A stretch of DNA of 64,000 nt from Adineta vaga (Eukaryota > Animalia > Rotifera): NCBI GenBank assembly GCA_021613535.1, contig CP075497.1:992001-1056000 (forward strand), read 5' to 3'. The translations under genes were made by a program, and so were the position numbers. This document shows positions 47,902 to 62,683 of the stretch, piece after piece. Below the pieces are notes generated by a model. The model searched no databases, had not been told where the DNA came from, and saw only the letters and a list, made by a program, of their open reading frames with translations. Each line of letters starts with the position of its first letter. The first letter of the stretch is position 1.

Positions 47902-48021
47902 AATTGTTATTCGCTCGTTTTTATTTTTTTTTATTCAAAAGATAAAATATTCTTATGTGTTTATGATAAAAATGGAAACTTCTTGAATAAATGAGAAGAA
48001 AAAGATGAATGTTCGTTCTTT

Positions 48022-49345
48022 TCATTGAAATGTTTGTTGAATTGGATTGAAATAGATATAACCAGGGCCACGTCCAGTAACTGAATATGTTCCAAATGTA
48101 TTTGGTGCATATGTTGTAAATACTAATATGTATTTAACATCCGATCGAAGTTCAGCTGTTATTTGAAATTGACTTGCACTAGCTCCATCATCATTTTCTG
48201 CATGAACATTAATTTGAGGTAAAAATGGATAAAAATTTCCTTGATAAATATAACCATATGTATCATAACGACTTGCACTTGTAAATGTATAATTTCCTGT
48301 TTCATTAACTCGAACTTCAAATGCTTGATAATAATATGCTTGAGAACTATTTCCAGTACGATCATAATGAGGATTTAATGTTGTTAATTCATTATTATGA
48401 ACAACACTAACAATAAGTGGTCGAGATGTTGTAGTAGTTGTAGTTGTTGTTGTCGATGGAGTTAATGGATAAAAATAAATATGACCTGGACCTTTTGCAA
48501 TAACTGAAAAAGGTCCTCTCGTACCGGAACCATGTGTTGTTACGACTAATGTATATGGAATACCAGCTTCAAGATAAATTGGTATTTTAAATTGATTACC
48601 CATACCATCATCATTATGTGCAATTAAATTATATTGTGGATTTGATGGATAAAATGTTCCATTATAAAGATATCCATGTGTATCCATTCCACTTATACTT
48701 GATAAATCATAATAACCTGATATTGGAACATATAATTGAATTGCTTCATAATAAGTACTTGGTGAACCTCCTGGACGTGTATAGAGTCCATCTAAACTAT
48801 CTAATGTACTGGTATAATTTGATATATAAATAGGTGGTTCAGTCGTTTGATAAACTAAATATGAAATTAAATTAAATTTTTTTATAATAAAAATCTTTAC
48901 CTGGTGGACATGATTGTTCGTTAATCGTTGATGTTGGAAAACAAAGTGGTTGAGAATCACAATTTGGATGACGAAGACAAATTTCATTCACTTGACATGC
49001 ATCATTTGGCGATTGACATCGTGAATATTGTGCGCATGTACGAGTATGTAGTGTACAAACATACATTGAATTTGAAAATGAATATTGTAAACATCCACAT
49101 GCAGGATTTTGTGAACATTGACTGTATTGATATTGATTTCCATCATTACATGTTTGACAATTGATTTGTACTATTTAGGAAAGAATTATTTTAAAAAAAT
49201 GAACGTTTTTTTATACTTACTGATTAAACTAAAAGAAAAGAAAACGTTTTAGATTAAATTAGAGAAAAATTATGTTTTCTTTTTAATCTTACGTTAGAAG
49301 AATCAGAAGATTTGTTTGTAACATAGTTATTTGAAATGAAATCAT
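48022..49345 (-). CDS. Secreted protein (~387 aa): signal peptide, Cys-rich domain, two tandem PPC-like beta domains separated by a Thr-rich linker
   Basis: Exons 49293-49345, 49221-49228, 48901-49170 and 48022-48854 (introns 64, 50, 46 bp) total 1164 nt in frame and begin MISFQITMLQTNLLILLTLIIQINCQTC. Repeated motif YY.A....V...G.Y...S.S..DT.GY.Y.G.FYP..PQ.N..A.NDDG. Confidence 0.78.
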
Positions 49346-50088
49346 TGTAGATGAGATTTATATAGACAAAATTAAACCGATAATTTGTTTTTATTTGATA
49401 TGAAATTTGATTCGAATATTTTTTTTTCTTCACAAATTTGTAATTAGAAAAAAATAAATAAATATTAAATTTCACATTTATTTGTAAATATTTTCTTTAC
49501 AAAATTCGTTTTTTTCAAAAGATTGTTAGATCAAGTTGCATATATTTTTTTAAAGGTACTATCCAGTGTATTTTTCTTCTGTATCCGTATATTCTTAAAA
49601 GTTTTCATCGCCATAAATTCGAAAATAATTTATTAATATAATTTAAATACTAAAACAATGAGGGTATGAGTATGAAAATATCTATTCTAACTTTCACCTA
49701 CACTCTCACTTTGAGTAGTAATGAACATGATCGATTCTAAAATAGAAGCGACATATCGTGAATTATATCTAAGTTGTCGGTATGCCTTATAGATTACCAT
49801 CCGCATTTAGTTTCATTTGAACAACTTTGTCTTTTCTCTTAAATGTATGGTAAAATTCCTTTAGACCTTTTATAAAGCAGTAAATTCTGCAACAACAGTC
49901 CTCTAAATGGAAAAAACAAATTTCTCTGACAAGAGTAAAAGTATTTAATTGTTTCAACTGATTTCGAAAGCTTTAATTTATTCATAAGAACAAAATTCTT
50001 TTTTACTTTTTGTCCAATGAAATTCTTGGATATGATCATTTTTGTGACCAGTCATATAAACATGTTTACAATTCCATTCATAACAATT

Positions 50089-50259
50089 TCACGTTCTTTC
50101 ATTCCAACGCATTATTAAATGATTATTATGATCTGCAACATAGATTTGACCATAATCGTTAACAAATAATCCTTGAGATTCATTTGGATGTTCAAGATAT
50201 TGACCCACCCTATTTCCACTAACTACAACTATACCTTCTTTGACGTCTTGTCTCCATTT
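50089..50259 (-). pseudogene. Isolated NHL-repeat gene fragment
   Basis: Translates to KWRQDVKEGIVVVSGNRVGQYLEHPNESQGLFVNDYGQIYVADHNNHLIMRWNERT*, similar to the repeats in 61752-62683. No start or flanking exons found. Confidence 0.65.
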
Positions 50260-51852
50260 GTTAAATTATGTTTTTAAAACAAAGTAATAAGACAGTATGA
50301 TAAATTTTAGTTTCTCGAAATGATATAAAAACAAAGAAATATATTTGAAAATGACTTCTTAGGAAAAAAATTAGTTCTTATTTAGTAACTTTGGTTTTGA
50401 CATTCATGTTTCTTCAGCATATGATTATTATAAATATATATAATGATAATAAGAATGAATAATTATTCATCCATATATTCTTGAGAGTATAATAAATCGA
50501 TCTATAGTAGAAGATAAAAACTAATGAAAAATTATATGATTTATCGCAGTATCTATCGTGGAATCTTTCCGTTTGTTGTTTTTCTTCAAAAATGTAAATC
50601 TATGACTGAAATATAAAACATTTTTAGAACAATATCTTTTCAATACTATCAAGATATTGATTAAAATTGGAAATGTTCGAGAATATTCATTCGAATGATG
50701 AAAATTATCAATAATGTATAAAAATCAATCTAAGATTTTTTTAATTAATTTAATTTCTCTGACTAATCCATCGATACTGAACTGCAAGTGATGAGCTTGT
50801 CAATGTGGATAGTACATACGTACGTAATCATTGCATTTGCCTACATAATCCCGTCAATATGAAAAATTTAATGTAACATGTGCCGCAAATAGAAAAATAA
50901 AAAACAGGAATAAATACATTACTTTTTTCTGTTCTCTGATAAGTTTTTTTTTCTGAAAAACATGTTCGATATCGTTTATGCTCTGCTTTCATTATAGGAA
51001 TGGAGAAAAATACTTATATATTTTCGACTTTATGAGTAAGCATATGATCTCCAGCACTATCTGATCTGATGTTTTTGAGAATATCATAAAAAAGTAAAGT
51101 GTTCGAAGGAAATGCAAAGTTTCCTGGAAAAAACAGAAAATAAAAAAGCCATATCTACCTTATATATATGAACACACAATAAGTTAGGCGATTCTATCAC
51201 ATTCTGCACTTGTTTCATGATCAATCTTTTTTTTGCTTCATCGATATCCCTCCAAATAAATTCAAATTAGTTAAGCGACCAGATATATATCCTATACCTA
51301 TATGCAGTTGATTGTCTTCGTACTTTGGAAGTGTACTTTCACTGAGAACATCCTCTAATTCAACATCAAATTTCTTGAAAAGATTGAATAAAAAATTTGT
51401 CATATGTCTTCTAAATTTATACATTTTACGAAAGTTGAATACTGCTTTTTAGTACATACAAATATGATGGTAAGATTTAGGTTTTTTAATTATTCTACAA
51501 GCAATGTTCACAAAATTTTTGAAAGGAAATGATAAATTCTCTATGAAAGACAGCCGTCGGGCGTCAATATTTCTTCCGAAAAAATGTCTCCATAGATTTC
51601 TGAAATATTTGATTTGATGAACATATAGGTTTAGTCGCTGTAATCTTACACCCACCCTAAAATATTCTTCTTTTCAGCACGCCTGTATCATATTCGTTCT
51701 CGAAATACACACATGCATATATTAGGAAAGATGACAGTGTATGTATAAAGGAGATCTACACCCATCCACTGCTTGTTTAACTTTTCAGATAACACCATCA
51801 ACATATGATCTGTCAACAAATCGATTTTCAAGATCTATAGTTATTGATTAGC

Positions 51853-54800
51853 ATGATCAGTTTTAAAGCTTCATTTAATTGGTGTTATGGACAACTTTGT
51901 ATTTACAATCTTTTCGTCAACGAAGAAAACGATGATGATGATGATGGAGATGAACGAAGAGATAAAGAGAGAATTCTAAAACAACAAAAATATACAACTT
52001 GGTTATATATTATTCTCCTCATGGGTAAGTAAAGGGTGTGGTTATGTTAGAATTTTTAGAAGTCTCCAAGAACTTTCATTGTTGCGAAGGGTTAGTCACA
52101 AGAACCAGCGTGAATATGTTTTGTCCAGTTTAGTCTGATTGTTAGATGTATATCAATATATGCTATATTTCATTTTAGTGTCTCTTTACATTGTCTTTTA
52201 CATCGCTTTAACAAAACAACAATCATCAACAATCACTGAAGCTAATATCGATTTCAGTCTGTTCAACCAACTTTACCGTGAACATGGTGAAAACCTCTCA
52301 TGTCCATGTTCGACTATTGCAATACCACTCAAACATTTCGTTTCGCATACAATTAAATTTCATCCCATTTGTTCAAGTATCTTTATTAGTGAAGAATGGA
52401 TTAAAGCAATATACTTCAAAGAAGAAAGTCGATACGGAATCGGAGATTTTCGAACGATAGCTTGTTCTCAGGTAAATCAAAAGACGATTATGCATGGGTG
52501 TGGGCAATGAAAAAAAACGCCCACACCGTCAAGATTATTTTGACTTAGATATTTTTTATTTATTTAGTTTCAATTATTGGCTAGTCTTTGTTCATTTTTT
52601 GAAGAAACTGTTTTACAAAGTCGAATTGATTTTGATAATATTGAGTTGATTAACGATCATCCTCTTTTGAAAGCACAAGTTGAAGCGAAAGTCAATGCTA
52701 CTATTGAATCGTTCAAGAATAATGCATCTACTCGGATTATTTTATTTCTGAACTATATCAGAACTATCATTCAAGCAAATTATTTAGTTTCAGCTCTAAA
52801 TACGAATGTTCTGGTTGTAATAGCTGCCTATCCAGCGTTTGAGTATCTAGTCTCAAGTACTGAAACATCGTATACCACGAATTCTTTTGCTTCGATTTCG
52901 GATACGAAATCGTTAGGCTGTAGTGATGGAAATCCAATGAGTACACCCAGTTACCTTAATTTGTCCACTTTGGAATCATATGAACACCATTGGCATTGGT
53001 CCAGATCTGAATTACAATACATGCTTCCCAATGGATTCCTTACTGGATGTACTCCGTTTGAAGCTCTACTTGAAAGTACACTCGATTGTTTATATAATAC
53101 CGAATGTCTCAATACGTTCATAGTCCATTTTCCGTCGATAGAACAAGTGAGTACATTGCTATTTAGTCTTTCTCATCTAGATATTTCTTTAGCTGCGCTT
53201 GAACTGGACTAATATTACTCTTTCTTCGAAACAACCGAATACGTCTGTGTATGATCATATAGGTAATCTATTTATTGAACAGTGGTCAATTCAAGTTAAT
53301 TATAGATCATACTTTGATAAATGTGCTCCTTTATCTTGTACTTATACTATAAACGATAAAATCAATTATTCGTATGCAATTACAGTGTTTATCAGTTTAT
53401 ATGGTGGTCTGACTATGATACTTCGGCTCATTGCTCCCATCTTAATCAAGATTTACTTCAAACGAAAATGTCATTCGCCAAATATCAATGTCGCTTGTGG
53501 TAAGTAATCAATTCGATGAAAAATAATTTTATTTTATGTTTAATATATATACATATACGTATGATCTATAGGCCGTCCAATGATCTATATACACAGATTC
53601 AGCCGACATATGATGAAAGTCAACTTATTTAAGTCATCAGATCAAAGAAGTGAGAACAGTATTCGACAGCAAAAGATCATCACACGTGTCTATTTGTTTT
53701 TGTTAACTAGTATGTATGATTTTCTTCTGTATATTTCGGATATCATCAAGCATATTCTATCTTGCTTGCTCGTATTAACTATAGAACCCATAGTTCATCC
53801 ATTCAAAGATATCACAGTCTCAGAGATAATTTTGTTCATAAATTAGCATTCAGTCAATATTGGTATTTCATACTTTGTATTGCTAGGTTCATTTGTCACA
53901 ATTATTTTGTTCACTTCATTCAGCACTGAAATGAAAACAATGACTACATCAGATCCAACATTGAACACGTATAAAAATTTACAAGTACAATATTCCATCC
54001 TATTGAAATGTCCATGTTCGAATATTATTATACCTCATAAGACATTCATTTCGTTATCTCCACGTTTTCATCAAGTATGTTCAAGTGATTTTGTCACACC
54101 CGAATGGTTATCCCTACTGAAAATGGTCAAAATCGGATATAATTCTCCGGACTGGCGAAATCATGCCTACTCTCAGTTTCGTTTATTAGCTGATCTTTGT
54201 AAACTAAGTGAGAAAACGATCAATGTCGACGTTCAGCGTTTCTTGTCTCAATCATTCATCGCTTCAGAAATGTTGAGTGAGATCGATTTCAATGCACAAT
54301 TCAATGTTACTCTTGATCAATTGTTTAAATCGACATCTGACTATTTTGATCTTCTGATACAAACAGTTCGACTTATTATACAAGTCGATCAACCTTATTT
54401 TGGACCACAAACAATTCCTCACACTCTTAGTCCAGAAAATAATCCGATGGGAATATTCAAGAGAAATACAATGACCGATAGAGATACAGTCAAGGTATGT
54501 ATGTCTTGATTTCCATTTTAAAGTTTTTTGTTTCTCTTTCTACTATAATGATCATATATCATCTGTATCGAAACTAAATAGAGATGTATGTACGTAACTG
54601 TAACTATCGTTCAGACAGACGTTACCAAAAGTTTTGTTTAAACAATGTTCTAGAAGTTAGATAAGAATAGATACAATGGTGATGGAATAAAAAAGAACAT
54701 CTGTCTGACTAGATGAATGTAACCGAATTAATCCTAACGGAGAATATAATTTTCTTCATTCTGTTGTCTTTCACTGATGTTTACTCTGAAAGCTTACTTT

Positions 54801-57800
54801 ATTTTCAGTTGAAATTTCGTTTGACCGGTTCTCGTGGGATGGGACATGGCATTTATGGTTGTGCTTGCGCTACAAACAAATCTTGTCAAAGTTCTGTCCG
54901 TATTTATGATATCGATTATATCTGGACGATGAGTCCAATATATATTCCTCGGTATACGGTGCGAGGCGCGGTTGCAGGTTGTTCAGCAACAGATTCTCTT
55001 ATGCTCTCAACACTTGAATGTTACTATTCACGCTCAGATTGTCTATCGACTCTGATGAATTATACTAAACAACAATATTTTCAGAATGTGGAGCATTCCG
55101 CATGGTTTGATGTTCGTCCTCTTAATGATAGTGTGACAAGTCGTTTTTCTCCAAAAGCTCCTATCTCAACAATTGTTGAAAAGGTAATGATCGAACAATG
55201 GTATTTATCTCATTCATATGACAACTTTTACAATTCATGTGCACCACATTTTTGTACGTATACACAAAGAGTTAGTACCAATACTTATATGGATATATTG
55301 ATAACATTACTGTCAATGATCGGTGGTCTTAATCTTTCAATACAACTAATTACACCTCAACTGATCATGTTCATTTTTTATATAGTAGCAAAAATCAAAG
55401 GACGTAATCAGAAACGAAACCAAAACCAGAGACAAGGTAACCTTTCGATATATGATAAAAAAAATCATTTTGAGAGTGTTGGTACTATGAGCGGGTGAAT
55501 AAGCAGGAAATGAACACTCGATACCCACACACCCCTATGTATTTCTCTTCCATTATAGTTTATCCAATGAACTGCGGTCAAATAAAAGTGGCGATACAAA
55601 AACTGCTTAGAGTTTTTTACAGAAAAATGTCTGATGTGAATATTTTTTTGCGACGCGATTTTGGCAGTAATATAGATCCACAAACAGCAAAACGACTTGG
55701 CCAGTGGGCTACTCGCTTATATCTGGCTTCATTCTTCACTGGTCTTGTTGTTTTGAGTTTCTATACCATCGTTCAATCTCGTACGGTTACAGAAACATTT
55801 GAAGAGCCACCTTACAAAGTATACAAACAGCTTTTTCAACGTTATACAGATAAACTGAAGTGCCCATGTTCAACACTTGCATCAACATATGATCGGTGTG
55901 TAAAAATGGAAGCAGAGCTTCATCAGGTACGAACAATATTGGTTAACTTGATCAAGAATAAGCAGTGAAGTTAAATAGGAATTTTTCAATGAGAGTGATG
56001 ACTTATGAACAAAGTAAATTAAGAAAGAATGAGTTCTTGTTTGACTAATAAGAAACATGAACGAAAAAGTTCAATAACAGTATCAAACTTAGCCATAAAA
56101 AAATGAACAAGTATATCTTATCACAGATTCAACGTTCTATTCTATTCAGTTGGATGTTTTCTTTTGATTTATAATAGATCTGCTCAAGTCCATTCGTATC
56201 GGATGAAGGACAAAGATATCTCATTGATAGCCTTGTTTCTGATCTTACAGTATACGCACTAAATGATTATCGTCGTTTTCTTCCTGCACATTTACAACTT
56301 CTGAAAGGATTATGTGAACTTTCTCATGAAGCAATCAGTATATTTAAACAACAACTTCTTTCGTCGTTATTTGTCACTTCCGTACTTCTATCGGAGACTA
56401 ATTTAGATGCACATCTTAATTCAATAATCAATCAGAATACAATAAATGCTTCTACAACATTCACTGGTCTTCTCTTCTTGATTCGAAGTATCAATCATGG
56501 AAATCGAATGATATCCACCTATGGAACAAACTTCGAATATATCATTCCTTGGAAGAATGTAGCTGATCGATATGCACCAACCAATGCTACGATTTATGAC
56601 CATCAATGCTCATGTGCACTGTATTCCAATTGTACAACGGCAGCAACACTAATCAAAGCAAATTCTTCTGAAACCATTCAAATTAAAGGTCTAAAGATGG
56701 GTTGTATACCAAGTGAATCATTTCGTTTATCGACTCTTGAATGTTTCTATGATCAATCATGCCTCAATCTCATCTATCAATACACTAATCACAAAGTGAA
56801 TCCAATCAACTTGACAAATCCTCTTAGTGCTCTATCACGAAGAACTAGTCGATTTTCAATCAACAGTACTGTAAACAAACTTATTGATGAATTATTCATT
56901 GAACAGTGGAAAATAACAAATAATCATAGATCTTACTTTGAACAATGCTCACCCTTGTTATGTTCCTATACTTATATTGAACGCTATAATCTACTGCATA
57001 CGTTATCTGTCCTATTCGGTCTTCAAGGCGGCCTCTCGCTTGTTCTTCAATGGATATGTCCTAAGCTTATTAAAATTATAGACAAAATGTATCAATATCG
57101 AAATAGACAACTAAATATTATTCAACCTGTTAGTAGTATTGAAACTGTCTTCAATGAAAATTCAAATACAAATGATTGTCATTCTACTTTGCATTATGCA
57201 GTGATATCAGTGGATAAAGCATCTGAGTATGTGTGTTTAATATCAATTATTTTACTGTATAATGCATTTCTCTATTAGAAGAAATCGGATTTTCACTATC
57301 CGATCCTTCTGCAAAGTTGTTTTTATAGGGATATTGTTGTTATGTATCATAGCAGCTCTTATTATATTCTCAATGAATATCGTTCGACAAACAAAGAAAC
57401 AAGCTGTATCAATAAGTAAGCTTTCTTCCCTAATTTAACTATCGAAAGCTACTTATATTCTTGAAATGCAAAACATAATCATCATTCTACTTAAAAAAAT
57501 CCATGCTCTTTTGATCTTTCATTGAATATCTAACAAAAGCTGACAAACAGTTAAAGATATCATTTCATATTCAACGAACTTTTTGTAAACTAATCAATAG
57601 TGTTGTGGGAATGTAGGAGCAAACCATTAGAAAACAACTTAAGAATTAATTCGTATAAAACTTTTCTGTTAAAGATCAGTTGTGGTAAAAAAATAAGTTT
57701 ATTTGAACGTCCCTCGTTCTTATAATATCATGCCTAATCAGTTTACCAGCTCCCGTTGATCATATACATTCTTTTGCAAGAAATTGCCCAATTTTTGTTG

Positions 57801-59427
57801 TTGTAAGCAAAATACGTTTGCTTCTTCTCTCCTTCTCTCTCTCTCTCTCTTAGTACACATATCTTTATTTTGATTACTCTTGCATATTTCACTCTTAGCT
57901 TCGTTAACAATCAGTACTACAACGGTTCTAACATCAGATATGGTAACGAAGACTGTCACAATAACTACTACCAGTACGATTACGACAACTACAACGACAC
58001 GAAGTAAGTCAATGAACATTAACTCTATTTTGTTTTAGTAACATTCGAATGAACCAAACGCCGCAATGTAATAGTTGAAGTACTTGTTATTAGGCTGTCG
58101 AACCAAAGTACATGTAACAAAAGATCTTTCTAAACATATCTTTATTAATGTAAAGCTAAGCAATGCCTCTATTATTGATAAAACAATCCATTCATTTGCT
58201 TCGGTCATGATATCTTTACTCTTGTTTCTACATACAAATGTGTTTCGAATATTCTTGATTGTTGCCTTTTCCATCTGACGGTTTTCTTCCACGTGTTTAC
58301 AACCTGTAAACTAAATAGTTCTTTTTCTGTCTTTCTTCTTATTAGAGCCTGCATGCTCATTTTCATCTCAATCAATATCAATCCGTTTAACTGGTCCACT
58401 TGAGGCAGACACACACGTTATTGCTGATTTCAACGGCGATCATCATCTTGATATGGCCTTTGTTTGTGGCAGTCAAAATGACATATGTATGCTGCCAGGA
58501 CTAGGCAATGGAAGTTTTGGCAAATCGGTGCGGACTCCAGTTCTTGGATTTGATCTTGGCAATCATGCTAGTGTTGGCGATTTCAACAATGACAATCATT
58601 TCGATTTGGTCATTGCTTATTTAGAACTCCAAACTATATCAATTGCATTAAATAACGGCAAAGGACTCTTTAGAAGCCAATTTCACGAATCTTTTGGACT
58701 TAGTAAACCGCCTGTAGAAATCGTTGTTGCCCATTTTGATGAAGATCCATGTTTAGATTTTGCTGGTCTATTTTCTGATGATAATCACGTAGGTGTGTTT
58801 TTCGGACGATGTAACGGGACCTTTTCTGAACCAATGAATTTGTATACCGGAAGTAATAGTTATCCAATACGCAGTGCTGTCGCTGATTTTAATCGTGATG
58901 GTCACCAAGACATTGCGGTCATCAATAGAAATTCTAGAAGTATTGGTATTATGCTTGGCAATCGTGATGGAAAATTTGAAGTACAAAAGGCATCTTCTAC
59001 TGGTGGTAGTCATTATCCGTTGCATTTTGCTGTGAGTGATTTAAATAATGACAATTTGCTAGATATTGTTGTCACCTATGAGACACAAGGTTTGATTAGC
59101 GTAATGTTTGGAAATGGCGCTGGCAGTTTTGGTAATAGTACAACATTTAATTTTATAGGTACTTCGATAAAAGATCCAATATTTGTTAAAGACTTTGATG
59201 GTGATCAGCATCTAGATATCGGTTTTGGTAAGACTGGTCGAAACGTGACGCTGTTAGTTGGACATAGCGACGGAAATTTTGAACTCAGAACATTACTGAC
59301 TACCAAGTATAATGATATGCATAGCTGCATTGGTATCGGTGACTTTAGTGGTAACGGTCATGACGATTTCATCTGTGTTACTTCGCGCCTACCTTCTCTA
59401 GAGATTTATTTGAGCACGTGTGATTAA
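51853..59427 (+). CDS. Large multi-pass membrane protein with three Cys-rich repeat units, a Thr-rich stalk and a C-terminal FG-GAP/VCBS repeat domain
   Basis: Predicted exons 51853-52024, 52179-52471, 52568-53146, 53193-53499, 53572-53709, 53887-54494, 54809-55436, 55559-55926, 56178-57226, 57279-57415, 57899-58003 and 58346-59427, all GT-AG. Each unit reads TM-CPCS-H.(I/V)CSS-GC-STL(D/E)C-IEQW-C(A/S)P..C.YT-GGL-TM. The last exon has repeated D(F/L)N.D...D motifs. The start position is uncertain. Confidence 0.72.
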
Positions 59428-61193
59428 TGCACCATCAACACTACTGAAACAAGAGTATATAATCATTATGAAAGAAAAATTGTTTGATTCAATGAATTCG
59501 AAGATCAGACATTCTTTTTTTTTGTATCTATGCCTTCATATATTCATCTTGCTTTTTTTCTCTTTACTTTTCAATATATATTATATACAGCTGACGTTCC
59601 AGTATAGTGAGATCTGTTTATGTTCGATAACATATTGTGGGAAGAAAACAATCTTATGAAACACGGATAGAGTTTCATTCCAGAGCATACATAGATGCAA
59701 AAGAAAAGTTTGAGAGAACTCTGTCTCATTATATATAAATTTTAGGACCAATAGTCGTGCTATTATATTGTATTGTATTTTATTATTCTCATGGTCCAAG
59801 CAAGAGCTCGTTTGAATTTAATCAAACATCTCAAATGTATGATATGTGAGATACTGTGCGTGTCCATAAACATATTTATTTTATCAAGATTACATTTAAA
59901 AAATGTTAACTTGACTAACGTGTATTGCATCAGTCGACTTTAATGTGGCCTCATGAGCATCCCAATTTTCGAAAAAAAACATGTGATCGGCTAGAGCAGA
60001 TGTTAACGGTGCACATAGTACTCTCACATTGAATCGATATAAGTGTGAACAATGACTCTTTCTAACAAAACATTGAGATCACTGTCTGTAAGAATAACAT
60101 GAACTATTTATGGTCAAACTAGCATATTCAGTATTTTTTTGAATATTTCCTAAAGACAGCATTCAATTGACCTGAAATTTGGAGATTTTGTATCTGGTAT
60201 TTAGTTACATGTGCGCACAAAGTTTCATTGAACACTGATGATGTTAACATATCCAACTGATATCGACTTGAAAACCAGATTTTACGTCCTGTCGTAGTTC
60301 AGAAAGACTCAGCGACTTTTTCTTAAAAGAAAAACTATGTTATCCCATAGATTGAAGCATATTCGGATTTTTAGAAGTTTTACATAGATTATAGCTCCTT
60401 GCAAAATTACGAAACTTACGAGTTATTGATATACTTATCCTTGCTAATTACCTCTATACAAACTGACAAAATCTGAGGACATATTTAGGGAATACTTCCC
60501 TTAAAAGAAGTTTTACTATAATGACTCAATCTATTTGATATCTGGAGACTTATTAATAATTGGAGTGAAAAATAATATAATTAAATAAGTTAATGCGCAT
60601 CGATTACCGATCAATAGTTTTGATCGTTGTCGATATCAACGTTAATCATGCTTGTGCAATGTTCTGGAAGAATTTATGAAGATAAAGATGGTAAAAAAAT
60701 ATTTTGTTATCTATATCAAAATGTTTTATGTAACATATTGTTTTATTTTTTTTCTCTCTCCTTGTTTTTCTAACTACTATTTCGGCGTATGTGTGACATG
60801 GCTTCTATTCTATTCTATGGCTTTTCCCTCTTCCTTTTGCTATAAAACATAGATATGTGCTATATACTTTCATTTCTCTTTGTTTTCAACATTATCTTCT
60901 TGTTTTCAGGTTTTATCAATCAATAATGGCATTCCATATTCTTCCAAATAATTTTCTTCTATGCATTAAATCTCGTCAATAACAACAACTCACATCTGCC
61001 TATAAGTTTTGTTTTTCTTCAAAACTGTGTTTGAACAAATCTATAGTTATAAAATGATGAAAGGATATTAATATTCAGAATGTATCATCCATAGAAGAAC
61101 GATCAGAATTATTTGCACATAAATCGAATGAAAATACTTTTCTTTGTAGATTATAATTGATTGACGTGTACAGTGTGTGGTAGAACATTACAA

Positions 61194-62683
61194 ATGAATA
61201 GAAATAAGATAAAAGTTTGTAATCTAATCTCTACTGAGAAGCAAAAGGACGATACTAAATCATCTCGTTCTTTTTTTATTGATTTCAGGTAGAATCATTG
61301 AATGACACATCAACAGAGACAAGAATTATGTACGTATAATATGTTTTGTAATATATATATAGATATATAATAAACAAAGAATACAAACTATTTTAGACCA
61401 AATCGTGTTCAACATAGAAAACTAATCTGGACAGTTTTATCTATTAGCGTTGCTATTTTACTTGCGACTACAGCAATAATTGTTTTCATGAAAATAAAAA
61501 TTAAGCATAACAATTCATTAACAGCAAATGGTTCGATAACTATGATACCAACAACCAATGAATTGTTTACAACAACAAATCAGACATTAATAATAAAAAC
61601 AACCCATTCAGAAACAATAAACACAACAATCAAAGGTATAGTTATGTCAAAAAGGGATGATCTCTTCTACGGATTGTAGAATTATATTGAGTATTAGATA
61701 AAAGTAATGATGACGTCAGCATTTTCATGTTTTCAATCTATTATATTATAGAACAGCTATTGCCTGCTTTTGTCGTTGATAATAATACGAAATGGCAAGA
61801 AGCTGCATATATTGTTGCTGGAATCAAGAGTAAAGGAGATGGATTAGATCAATTGCATAAACCTCTTAGTATCGATATTGATGATGACGATCGATGTATG
61901 TATATAAGTGATGCTTCGAATCATCGTGTAGTAAAATGGCAATTCGATGCAACAAGTGGTGTCGTTGTTGCTGGTGGAAATGGAAAAGGAAATGAGATGG
62001 ATCAGCTAAATTATCCAACAGATGCGATTCTTTATAAGCAGAAACGTTCTCTCATTATATGTGATAGTGAGAACAAACGTATAGTGAAATGGTCTCGTAC
62101 TATTGATATTGATCGACAAATCTTGATCTCTTTTACCCATTGTTACGGTCTAGCCATGGACAGTGATGAAAATCTTTATGTTAGTGATTATGAATATCAT
62201 GTAGTTAGACGTTGGAAACACGGCGAAGCATATGGCACAAAAGTAGCAGGTGGAAATGGAGGTGGAAGTCATTTAAATCAACTCAACTCTCCTCGTTTTA
62301 TTTTTGTCGATCGAAATGCTTCAGTTTATGTAGCGGATACTTACAATGGTCGAATAATGAAATGGATTGAAGATGCACAAGTAGGTATAATTGTTGCTCG
62401 CACAGAATATTCCACAGGGAACTTGGCACATCGACTTCTTGTTGCAGGAGTAATTGTTGATCATATGGGAAACGTTTACGTATCCGATATGTTGAATTGC
62501 GAAATCACACGTTGGTCACCAGGAGCACTCAATGGTGAAACTGTTGCCAAGCAATATGAATTTAATGGAGACGCTGATATTGAGTGTGACCTCTCCAAAA
62601 TAGCATTTGATCGACAGGGTAATCTTTATGTTGTTGATACGGACAATCATCGAATACAGAAATTCGCTGTTTATCATACTTAG
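61194..62683 (+). CDS. Type II membrane NHL-repeat (beta-propeller) protein
   Basis: Exons 61194-61214, 61289-61329, 61397-61635 and 61752-62683 join in frame: MNRNKIKVESL..., TM LIWTVLSISVAILLATTAIIVF, Thr-rich stalk, then NHL repeats (VVAGGNGKG...QLNYP, LYVSD..HVVRRW, GNLYVVDTDNHRIQKF). Confidence 0.82.

Noticed and set aside
51221-51655. Two adjacent minus-strand ORFs that might be a gene relic
   Set aside because: No recognisable family and no convincing splice structure.
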